In this document: one piece after another, positions 39,665 through 50,797 of the stretch
Layout: each line of letters begins with the position of its first letter
How positions within the stretch are numbered: the first letter of the stretch is position 1
DNA from: Girardia tigrina
Lineage: Eukaryota
DNA: 57,194 nucleotides
Direction: 5' to 3'
Assembly (NCBI GenBank): GCA_001938485.1
Contig: MQRK01244678.1
Coordinates: 1 to 57,194, forward strand
Made by a program: the position numbers and the translations under genes
Notes under the pieces: generated by a model
What the model was told of the DNA's origin: nothing
The model's database searches: none
Seen by the model: only the letters and a program-made list of their open reading frames with translations

Positions 39665-40995
39665 AAGAAAAGATGCCTCTAATGAAGAAGAGGATGCCTT
39701 CACACAAATACCGGAGTCAATTAGTTATGACGGTAGAAGATTTAGTATTGGGCTACCGTGGAAAATTAAAATTGAGGTTTCCTAAAACTTTCAAAATGGC
39801 AGAGAGGAAATTGAAATCATTCCAAAAATCGTTCAAGAAAAGACCAAAAGATGGCACAAAGATAATATCTGGGAAAGGTATATATCAAAGAAATTTGTGA
39901 CGTGGATGAAAATACTTCACAGTTGCTTCTACCGCACATTCTTGTGATCGAAATGACATAAACATCAATATAATATTTACGGTATTTAAGTGATTTTCAT
40001 CATACATGTCCAAAATTACAAAATGAGTTGATCGACTTTCATTTTAGGATGCGAAAGAACAAATTTGTGTTTCTTGGAGACCTCAAAAAAATTTCTCTAA
40101 GTGAAAGTCTTTAAGGAGGATCTACATTTTTTATGGACGAAAGAGTGAGACTGAAAAATGAAAATCAGGTGGTTGAATTAGGTATTGCTAGGCTTGAACT
40201 TGTCTCCTTCTTTTTGCGCATTATATCTTCAACGTAAACGCAGACAGTTTTGCAGACAGTTTTTGGACACTAAAAATTGTCGAGGAATGATTGTATTAAC
40301 TACTCCTGTTAAATCCATTTCTATTCCACTGTAGGAACTTGTCACTCCATGTTTAGCGGTGAAGGTTGGACAAAGAGTAACAAATAATTTCTAAGTCAGT
40401 GCTGAACAATCAATATACTCTGTAGATAGTATGCATGTGTTATACTGGATACGAAAATGTAGCAAGGTATTCAAAACGTTATTTGCAACTAGTTGAAAAG
40501 TAACGGAATGTGATGGAGAGGACCAGAATTTATGAGAGAAATTGAATATTGTCTGAAGCAACCAGTGATGTCTAGTAAGCCAAAGAATGATGAACGAAGA
40601 AATGGGTTCTTATTGGTGACAGTAACGTTATCAGCAGTGCTAGAGGAGTTTGAACAGTCAAGGTGCTATATCTTACAAGGAGAGGCGGAATTGGAGATTC
40701 CGTGCAATGAAGCTGAGAGTCTAAAGGGTGAAGTGCTGAAGACCTCGATTTGGGAAAAACAAATGTAGATTGTTTAGCAGCAAACGAAATTCAATGGAAG
40801 AACAATGGGAAAAAATTTATTTCAGAAGATCAGCTGAAACACATTCAGAAAGAGAATAATTTCTTGGAAAAAAGAGTTCTGTGTAGTGAGCATCCTAATT
40901 CAAAAGGCCAATTCAATGTGTGCCTCGAATGGTTTATTAAGATCGAACTGCAGGATTGTAATTACAGACTTGATGCCATGGTAGACAAAAATTAA
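39665..40995 (+). mobile_element. Highly degenerate BEL/Pao LTR retrotransposon pol relic
   Basis: RFSIGLPWK, P.TF.MAERKL.S, GDLKK and ARLELV (PRLEL-like) occur in BEL/Pao order across frames. Confidence 0.7.
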
Positions 40996-41014
40996 CAATT
41001 GTATTTGAAAATCT

Positions 41015-41112
41015 TTTTGTGTCCCCCTAAAGAAGTTTCCATGGCCCCACAATTTTACTTTTTTTCCACGGCCCCCTTAAAATACGTTGTGGCCCACTTG
41101 GGGCCATTTGGC
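41015..41112 (+). mobile_element. Probable hAT terminal fragment with GGCCCC repeats
   Basis: Repeated ggcccc motifs ending cccgttgataaaccttg, resembling hAT ends. Confidence 0.4.
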
Positions 41113-41804
41113 TCCCGTTGATAAACCTTGATCTAACCACTTAAGTATGTGTAGTAAAAATTTGTGGGTTTGTTGTTTCTCCATTTGTAACTGCTTTTAA
41201 CAAAGCTACTGTTTTTTTAACAGCAATAAATGCTAGAAGCAGTAGATTTTTTGTATAAGTGAGTTTGAGTTGAACCTTGGAACTTTAGGATGATGTTCGA
41301 TTCAGCACTTATAAATGAAGTTGTCGTTTGACTGTTTTGTTCAAGCAATTTGCTTTATTTTTTTAAACATTTTTGGCTCAAGAAATTGTAATTAAACGGA
41401 CTGATATTTGTGTGTTTTCTTTTTCAACTTTAAAAGTTTTATCTATCTAATTTCCTACGAAAAATGGATGAAATATATGGATCCCTAGCTCTCCACAGTT
41501 TCCAGATTTCAGTTCATGTTGATGTATACATATAGAATCAAAAATTAAATTGGCTGGTTTCTATTTCCTAACACTGCAATAGTTATAGACTCTAATTAGT
41601 AATAACAATAGTAAATTTTAAGCTGCTTCAATGAAACTGTTATCATGTTATTAATAAATTAAAAATTATTTTAATCACTAATTATTTATTGTCTACATTC
41701 TAATACTCAAGTTCTCTTTATACACCAACGCTTAGCTAGATAGAGTATTCCAGATTTTCATTCTTAAGACCAGCCAAAATTTATCTTAAGACTTTAGGTA
41801 ATGA

Positions 41805-42195
41805 TAGAACCTCATCCATTTCAAAAGATGAGTTTTCTGTTTTACAAAAGGGTTTTGATTCACATTACGAACGACAGTTTTGTGAATCTCTACTAATAAG
41901 ACACTACAACCCATCAATTAACATTCAGAATGAGCAAAGTAAGGTTATTTCAATACTTAAAATTTGTAATTAAAATATTTTTTGCCATTATTACCCAAAA
42001 ATATTTTCATAAATAATAATGTTTAATTTTTTCGTCACCTTTTAAAGTAAATTATATTTATTAAAATTGTGTTAAAATTGTATTATTCAAACAATTCAAT
42101 ATTCATTTACTAAACATCCGAAAATTGCTGATGATGATGTATGTAAACATCGAAACATGACCACTAGTTGTATAAAAAAAGCTTTAATCAAATTA
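41805..42195 (+). mobile_element. 3' end of a Penelope-like element (family B relative)
   Basis: 41810-41970 is homologous to 19557-19715 (TSSISKDEFS...ESLLIRHYNPSINIQ) and is followed by a hammerhead-bearing pLTR. Confidence 0.78.
42125..42165 (+). ncRNA. Minimal hammerhead motif, core intact, cleavage triplet GUC>GAC
   Basis: CTGATGA-t-GATGT-atgtaa-ACATC-GAAA-catgac. Confidence 0.75.
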
Positions 42196-42204
42196 TATTT
42201 TCGA

Positions 42205-42557
42205 AATATATATATATATATATATATATCCATGGAATTTAGAAACCTCTTTGTGAAGGCCTTTTACTCAATCGATTTTCTCCAAACTTTGTACACTTAC
42301 TCATTCTCGATGACAATAAATGATTATGTAAAAATTTGATCGAAAAAAGTCCAAAAATGGGAAAAAAACGGAATATTCGGAGTTCCCGAACAATATTAAT
42401 TGCAAGATATCTACTTATAATGTTATAAGTAGTTTATATTAATTTTTAATGTGTTTTTTAATTATTTTTTTTAAATTTTAAAAACTTTGTTAGTAAAATA
42501 GAGTTCTTCTGCATAAAGAATGGATATAAAAAAATTAATTTTTTGATTTACTAGTTT
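42205..42557 (+). repeat. Interspersed repeat family B, third copy
   Basis: (TA)n-ccatggaatttagaaacc...ttttgatttactagtt. Confidence 0.85.
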
Positions 42558-42982
42558 ATTTTTGTGATCTCTTATAAAAAATTAAATTATGAGATCGCAC
42601 AAATAAAAAGTCGTATAAAAAACAGGTTTGGATGTAAAGAAAAAATAAATAATAAAATTTACGATATAGGAAAAGTCAAGGAAAAGTTTTAAAGTGTGTA
42701 AAACTTTGAATCAAATTTACATTTAATTTAATAAAGGGATATTATAATATTACCGGTGTCATGAAAAATTGGACAAGAATTATTTTCAATAATGATTATA
42801 ATAAATTTCTGTGAAAGTAATTTTGCAATTTCAATTTTAGTTTATGTTTTCTGCTCAAAATTTGTTCGTTTTTGCCAAAAATAAATAATTATATTTATTT
42901 AAATTGGTGAAAAAAATGCTATTTTTAAATGGATAATCAGTAAAAATGATACTATTTGTTAAATGAAGTATTTGAATTCTAG

Positions 42983-43723
42983 AGATGTTTGCCACTCAGT
43001 TCCCATTTCGGGTTTACATTGGACGAAATAATGCGATCTCAGTACCTCAAATTTCCTGAGCGTGAATTGCCTTGGATTTTAGTGACATTATGTGAAGAAA
43101 TTTTAAATCGCAACGGTGATCAAGCGGAGGGTATTTTTCGTGTTGCTGCTGATAGTTCAGCAGTCCAAGCCATGTGCACAGTACTTGATCTGTGTGAAAA
43201 TCTTTCCGATCATCCTCTAACTAGTGGAGATCGTAGTCCACATACCCCGGCTTGTTGTTTGAAACGCTGGCTCGATTCTCTTTTAGAACCCCTTGTACCT
43301 CCGTCTTTATGTAGTATTGGACAAGCAGGACGTGCTCGTAGTCCTTTAGAAGTTTACCAGTGTTTAACAAGACTCCATCAAGCCACTTTAATGTATCTCG
43401 TGCGATTCTTGCAATTGCTTTCAGTGGATGATAACGTACGATTAAATCGAATGGGGCCCTGGAACTTAGCGGTCGCTCTCGCCCCGAATGTGTTCCAATT
43501 AGATCCAGGCAGCAGCGAATACGGTGGATCACGGTCCTCGAAACGCGCTGGTGGCAGTAGCGGTCTTGACACTTGTCGATCTGATAACAGTGCAAATGAC
43601 AGTTCCGGTAGCAGTTCCAGGGGTGGTACAACATCCGCCGATGATTCTTTCAGGCCTCATGTTAACTTTCTCTACCAGTTAATCGTCGGACTCGATACGA
43701 GCCCCCTAAGCGGAGCCATTTAG
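42983..43723 (+). CDS. arhgap39: ARHGAP39-like terminal exon: RhoGAP domain
   Basis: FGFTLDEIM..Q...FPERELPWI...L.EEIL..NGDQAEGIFRV (Arg finger) and NRM...NLAVALAPN. The ttctag acceptor at 42982 is phase 0; TAG stop at 43723. Confidence 0.93.
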   Translation, partial: RCLPLSSHFGFTLDEIMRSQYLKFPERELPWILVTLCEEILNRNGDQAEGIFRVAADSSAVQAMCTVLDLCENLSDHPLTSGDRSPHTPACCLKRWLDSLLEPLVPPSLCSIGQAGRARSPLEVYQCLTRLHQATLMYLVRFLQLLSVDDNVRLNRMGPWNLAVALAPNVFQLDPGSSEYGGSRSSKRAGGSSGLDTCRSDNSANDSSGSSSRGGTTSADDSFRPHVNFLYQLIVGLDTSPLSGAI

Positions 43724-45255
43724 TCGATATCCTCTATCCCCCCATTGATTCTGTTGTTATGTCTGAAAAATATATAATATCTAGATTTCGAACCGGTTTT
43801 CTTATGGCAACTGTGTTAATTTTCCTGCATTATATATTTGATTTTATTTACACATTGATTTTTTGTTGGTCTTAAAATAATAAACATTATTGATTATTAT
43901 TTCTCCTCAATTGTTTCATGGATCAAAGAAAACGTCAATTCTTTTCGTCAGTTGGAAATCCGAGTCATTGTACATTATTGTAAATCGTGTAGATATCAAG
44001 ATATCTCTGGTCTCATCATCTCTTTTCTGTTTTCTCTGCAATTGGAAATCGCTCTTATCATTTATTATTATTATTATTATTGCTATTATTATTCGGAAAT
44101 AGAAATTTCAAGCCATTTCAACGAAAAAAAAAACGGGCATATATTTCGGGCCGAGTTGTGTGAATGTGACTGTAGTTAGATAGCTTTGTTTCATTATTAC
44201 TATTATTATAATATAGAAATTTATATTCTGATCGATATTAATAGACATTTATTGGTTTACAGTGTGATTGTTATCTGGCTTTTGTTTCATTAAATTATTC
44301 AGTATACATTGATTTATTGATAAAATTTTAATATCAGACTTGGCTTTATTATTATTATTCGTATTCTCTGATTTTTCAATAATAATTATCGGCTATTTTA
44401 TTTCTGTTTTTCTTTTGTTATAATTTTGATATAGTAAATAGCATTATAAATCAATAACGATATACATAGTATTATTACATGTGTGTATTAGTATTTGCGT
44501 GTGTGTGTTTGTATGTGAGTGTGTGTGTCTTTGTGGCATCAGAATGAAGTGTCTTAATTTTCAATTGAAAACCATTTGTTGGAGAGATTGCTATGTGATT
44601 TACAGAAGTTTTTTGTTAAGGCTGTAATAGAACATGTATGGTGGTTACTATGATCAATTAAAAATAATTCAGTAATTTTTAGTGAAAAAAAAGTTGTTGA
44701 AAAATTTCAGTTTTTTTCGTGATGGAAAAAAGATTTGAAGTTTTATTTTAATCATTGTTTTGTTATCTTTAGTAAATTATATAAATTTTTTAATGAAGCA
44801 TTGTTATGAAACATTAAAATCCATATTATATATAAAATCATGGTATCAGCTTCATACGAAACATGGAAAAGATTTTGATTTGCGTTAACATGACCCTGTA
44901 TTGTCCGTGCTAGTTGCGATTATGTTATCTTTGACATTAGAATTTGGAGTAATAATCGTCAAAATTTTTATGTTTTAAAATCTATTAAATACTTAATGTT
45001 TTATAATTTTAAATTGGCCTTTTTATAAATTTTATATGTGGTTTTGGGATTTTTTGAATTATAATATTAAATTTAAATAAATTATTTAAAAAATATTTAT
45101 TATCTCATAAAATTATTTTGTGAGATGAATTTTTAACTAACTTTATAAATCGAATTATGCTGTGTAAACATTAGGTAATGGTATTTGAAAAACACGATAC
45201 TTAGGCAACTCGTTCAATGCGTTCCATTTATATTCAATGCCAATAATGATAAGTA

Positions 45256-45702
45256 CAGGTAGTCGTCGACTTACGACCACGATTGGTTCCGACAGACCGG
45301 TCGTAAGTTGAGTAGGCTGTAAGTACAGTACTGTGCAACTGGTACAACTGGTTTAATATTTGCAAAACATACAAAATTACAAAATACAGGTTTAAAAAAT
45401 ACAATAGGAAACATTTTTCCAATTGCAAAGCATAACATATACAAATATATAGACATGCAGGAAACATTTTATTGGCCGCTGGTGTAGATAAAGGCAGGCG
45501 TAGACAAAGACAACTTCCTCTTGGTAGACATCTTGGGAGGGATTTGATGAAAAATATCTAAGACAGATGGGATTACAGTTGAAATGGTACACGCATATAT
45601 GGTAGTGTTACCGGAACCTGGTATGCACTGCCTTACGCCGCGGCTAGCGATTGTGGTCGTAATGTCGAATGGTCGTAAGTTGCATAGGTCAACGACTACC
45701 TG
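45256..45702 (-). mobile_element. Tigger-like MITE (deletion derivative)
   Basis: TA-CAGGTAGTCGTCGACTTA ... TAGGTCAACGACTACCTG-TA. Internal minus-strand MSTKRKLSLS looks like a truncated transposase start. Confidence 0.88.
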
Positions 45703-45752
45703 TACTCAATTAGTTAAACCCAAAATTTCGATAAAACCCCAATTTATTTAAA

Positions 45753-46146
45753 ATAATCATACCAAAAATTGTTTTGGTGTACAAGCTTTTATAATTTGTC
45801 ATATGTTTGCGGTTCTTTATCTATTTCGCCCACTTCCCACATTTTTTTGACTGAATTATCAAAGTCTACTAGACGAAAACCCGCTTTCTATTTGCATTTA
45901 GAGAGCAAATTTCAAAGCCTACTACAGAGGAAAACATGAGAACGACACTTTAATTACTTTTTTGGGCCAAACTAAAGGCGGTAGATGAGCAGTGACTGTG
46001 AAAAAGCGTATTGTCACCTAGAATACATCAGTCCTGAAAGTTTCATGTCGCTAGGTGAACGGGAAGTGGGTGAATTTTCGATCGCAAGATTTGATGCATC
46101 CAGACAGACAGACAAACAAATAAAACATAATAAAAGCTTGTAAAAA
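45753..46146 (-). mobile_element. HINE/DINE-1-like family A, second copy (inverted)
   Basis: Near-identical reverse complement of 30541-30936. Confidence 0.8.
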
Positions 46147-46439
46147 ATAAGATCTAACTTTTTACCAAATAATTACGTAATTGGCTATGTTGACTCTGGC
46201 GCTTTTACACTGGGATGTGATAATGGACAAAACTACATAGACTATATTTAATTCGCGGTTCCCATCTGATTCCAAGTGTGTAGGGAACCGCACTGCCTTC
46301 TAAACCAAGAAACGATACTTTAAAAGTTTTTAAATTACTTCACTAAGCAAAAGTTACTATTTGATGAAGATTTTTACAAACAATGTAAAGATGTATTAAA
46401 CGTTGTGTTACAAATTGATAATAAGATTTTTAAGTCATT

Positions 46440-47597
46440 ATGTTTATTTACAATATTTGTTCTGCGTAACAAATGTTTCTGGGTTTTCAGCAAAGATTAA
46501 GAAATTGATTGATTTAAAAATTTGATTATCCCAATGTACCATCGGAAATGAAACCTATATCCCATGACAATTCTTTTTCTGTGTCAAAAGCTCCAGACAC
46601 CTTAAACTTTGTGGATGATGAATAATTAAACAAAGCTGCAGCGGGAAACATGGAAAGGTTTATGATGTTAATTATAGAAATTATGAACCTTCTACCTTAA
46701 GAATTCCTCATTTAAATAATCAATCTGATTTAAATGATTTAGTCAACGACTTGAGATTATCAGAGAGGTGCTTAATTATTAGATTTAAGGTTGCAATAAT
46801 GGAATCTTCTCTCAACTGGAACAAAAATTTCAGTTTTCCGTAATCGTCAAGAGAATTTAATCCGAGAACTTTGCATACTCGGACAGTTGCAATATATGTT
46901 TCTGCACAGATATTGATCGTTTCATTTTTGTACTTGATTGTTAGTCCAATCCGAACGAATGGAGATTATTAATGAACACATCAAAATTCAGTCTGAAAGC
47001 TGTTTTGCTTCACAATGGAAATTTTTTATACATCAGTTCAAGTAGCACATGATGTTCAAATGAAAGAAACCTATGACAATACAAAAATGATATTAAATTG
47101 CATAAAATACAGTAATTATAACTGTAGCATTTGTACGGATTTGAAAATGGTTGCAATTTTTCTGGGACTACAGCTAGGATATACCAAATACTGCTTCCTA
47201 ATTTACGAATGCGACAGTCGAGTAAGGACTTCACTTTTTTTTATGAAAAGACCAACCTCAGTGTTAAAGTTTTGTGTCAGGACAGAAGAACATCTCACAA
47301 GAACCACTCAGTTATCACAAAAAAATTATTTATCATCACTTCATATCAAACTCGGGCTTAGGATAAACTTTGTTAAAGCAATGAATAACGATGGAGAAGG
47401 ATTAAAAAATCTGAGAAGGCTTTTTCACGTATCATTAATGTCAAAATTAAAGAAAGAATTTTTGTTAGACAAGATATTATGAAAGTTATTAGTGACCAGC
47501 AGTTTGAATGACTGTTACAATGAGTCAAATTAATGTATGAAATGCGTTCAAAGACTCAAATTCAGACCTTCCTCGGTAAAAAAGGCTCCAGACTATG
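46440..47597 (+). pseudogene. Second, diverged Chapaev3-like transposase relic
   Basis: YPNVPS.MKP..H, QSDLNDLV.DL.LS, EWRL...SK.SLKAVLLHNGN, DLKMVAIFLGLQLGYTKYC and LHIKLGL..NFVKAM. It ends at FLG..KAPDYV where the LTR-like unit begins. Confidence 0.75.
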
Positions 47598-50515
47598 TGT
47601 CACGACCCTCTTGTTTATAACGATTTTAAATGCTCAGAGCCCCCAGTGGCTATTATGGGTCAGCCACAACCCTAACTTAGATTATGTCTTGCTCACAGTT
47701 CATTTTAGTATTTACCTATATAGGGGTCGGACGCCTCTTCTCGCTCGACATCTGTCTAACAGTGTCAAGTCTGAAGGGCCTGAGAGTTCTAATAAAGACG
47801 GGATGGGCTATGGGCCCCCCACCTAGCAGAGCGTCGTTCAGGGATGATAAAGTTATTATTGTTTCTGTATTTTCGTTTCTGTTATTAAAGGTTGAATTAT
47901 TACTAAAAGGAAATAGATTTGTCAGCAGTCATTATCTCGGTAGAAGAGAAGCGTATTTGAAAAACTTAAACAAAAGATCATCGACGGATTGTTAAACTTA
48001 TTACCTCCTGAAAAACTATCGATAATTCGTCCGGTATTGTAACAGCCTTAGATAGTCGACAACAGCTCTGTTACTCACACTTCATGCTGTTAACGCAAAA
48101 TGACTTAAAACATTAACTCAAAATCCATCGAGCGAAATTTATCATCGCCACGTTATTAGCATAGTCAAAATATTTATTGTTGAGTTATTATCAATATTCA
48201 GATTACTAAATTCAGATTATTAAAATTACGAACTATTAAAATCTGGAATTCCAAAAATTACTAAATTCATTCACACCTTATTATCATGATATTTCGGTTT
48301 ATCATTTGACATATCAATATCATTTATAATATTACTATAATACCTATAATGGTATCTTCAAATCACTATTCTCGATATCATCATTTAACGCAAGTCTACA
48401 GTTGCGAATTTACTTATTTCGATTTTATCCCAAATGTTTACCAAATAATATTCAATAATATTTAAAATATTCACTAAATGATATTCACTAAAATTTCATT
48501 AGATAAATTTCAGGGTAAAAGAATTCAATGATAAAACCAATTATCTATTATTCGGTTTCTACTTTATTTGTCTTAAAAGTCCCAATTCCATTTCTACCGT
48601 TGGGCACATTTTCGATTTTAATAAAAAGTTAAGATTATTGGGACAAAAACTTTTAAATGAAATAGCTGTGCGGATCTGTCCACAGAACAGGTAATTCATC
48701 CTAATCAACTTGCCTTGCTTCACCCATTTTTAATTTTACATTCAATATTAAATACAAATATTCATATTCAGTTGGCGGTATTTGCTTGATATGTTCTTAA
48801 ACTCGCAATAAATAACCTTTCGCTATATCAGTTCACGAATTATAGCTTCAACTTCCTATTTATGTTAATCAATTATAATAGAAACATAGCTCGTCATTCT
48901 ATAGCGCTCTAGATATCTAATTTGAAATAGTTATTTAGTAAATTTACTCTTAAATATGTAACTTAATCACCGTGATCAACTCATAACACTAATAAAGTGA
49001 CAACTAAAATTATAACTTAAATTATATTTACAAAGAAAATTGTAGCGTTTTTATAGACTCTTCTTTAAACGCTTAGTCGTTCGACACGGGCGAACTCGCG
49101 ATGTCGCGTCATCGGGAAACAACTCGTTGCGACTCTCTTGAAGAAACGACTCGAGTGACACTGAAGTCACCTCTACGATGATCAGGTCCGTGTAGTTCCC
49201 GACATTTTTCCATTGTGCGTTTGAACGCAGATTCTCTCGGGGCATAAGTTATGAAGACAGCGGCGGCGGCGGGGACGCGAAAGGTGGCTAAAGGGTTAAA
49301 TAAGGCGGTAAAAGTACAAGCGTTCACGCCTGTAGCGACCTCAACCTAGGTTGTATAAATCGGCCTCTTAAATAAAACGCCTAGATTGTAAAAAAAAGAA
49401 AAAATTAAACACATTAAAAATTAATCAAAAATTAAAACGCATGGATCTCGCTAAAATACATTTATTGCGCATAATAAAATAGTTACCAAAGTACGCTAAG
49501 AATTACATTGAAACTGTAGTCACCGGAAGTCCATGCGGTGAGTCACTCCGAAGTAACACTGAGTTGGATTTTTTCGCTCGTCGGCGCGTCGATCGGGTCG
49601 AAACGCCTGTGGGTTGTTCGTCGGAGGTGGAATACTTCGTTCGGTATCGCTTGTTCTCTTTCGTCAATTACGGCATCGAGTCCCTGTCTAGTTGTACGTC
49701 TCCTAGTCGGGGTTCCTTTTCTTCGTAGTCGTCTGGGTTTTAGCGTCGAATTCTGGTCAAACGTTCCGAATATTTTTCTTTTTTGAAAAATTTTGCGCTT
49801 TTAATTTATGTTGAAAACTTGTGCGGTTTTTTCTGAATGAATGTTATATTTATAACATTCATCATCTCGCTTATCGGGGTGTGTTTTCATCGTGGCCATT
49901 TCTGGTTGGCCAACAACGATGATTTCTTGTTTTGATTTGCCGGTTCAGGTTGTTGTTAGGCCGTGTGTCTGACTCCAGACAGTGACTGCTTTGTCACAAG
50001 GTTCTTTATCACCGATGACTATTCATCGCGTGATGTTGTTTTTCTTTGTGGGCCTGACTCATGGTAAGTTTGTTTACTGTTCTTTGTCTTACTTAATTGG
50101 CCTTTGTCCTTTAATTAATTTATATACCTTTACAGAGGTATAACTTTTCAGGGGAACGCGTCAGTATTTTGCAGGTGACCTTCAGGGATTCCTCGTCTTC
50201 GGGGCTACAAGTGAAGGGTCTGTTGACCTTGTAATGTTAACGGCTCGCCTTGGAGATAACTTTGTCATTTTCTGTCTGGTTTTTTAATTCATTATTTTCT
50301 TTTAGGGTTGGTAACTTTTCAGGAGAATACCTCACGACCTGGTGAGTTTTCTTCAAGGGTTGGCCCTACAACGAGTTATACGTGGAGGGTCGATTGTTTG
50401 ATTCCTTTCGACGAGTAAGTTTTTATTTGATGTTGTCTGATTTTCCTCCATATTATATTTACAGCTCTACCGCGGTGTCTGCGACTTCTGCTCAAACCGT
50501 GAGGGGTTCGGGACA
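47598..50515 (-). mobile_element. Candidate very long (~2.9 kb) LTR of a Gypsy-type element
   Basis: Ends TGTCACGACCCTC ... GAGGGGTTCGGGACA (TGT..ACA with short imperfect IR). It cuts the Chapaev relic, has a CpG-rich core and a minus-strand TATAAAA at ~49049-49055. No TSD found. Confidence 0.55.
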
Positions 50516-50797
50516 ATAATATGACTTTTATTGAATATATGTATTACATAATAATATTTTCTTCTTTTTCCCTTTGGTTATTTTTGTTTTATGGTATTTA
50601 TAAGGTGTTTTTCCTTTTTGGCGGTGACTTAATCAACAGCGGACCGCAAGATATGGGTAGCTGTTTGAACATATGATCCTAGCATCATTTACACTAGATT
50701 CCATTCTCTCAATATTCTTCTCCTAGGTCTATAATATTTGATATTTTAATTCTACATTATTTACTAATACTTTGGTAATCATGGCTATTGTTTAATA

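Noticed and set aside
43890-44179. Short ORFs downstream of the RhoGAP stop
   Set aside because: Low-complexity (ATT)n 3' UTR-like sequence with non-ATG starts.
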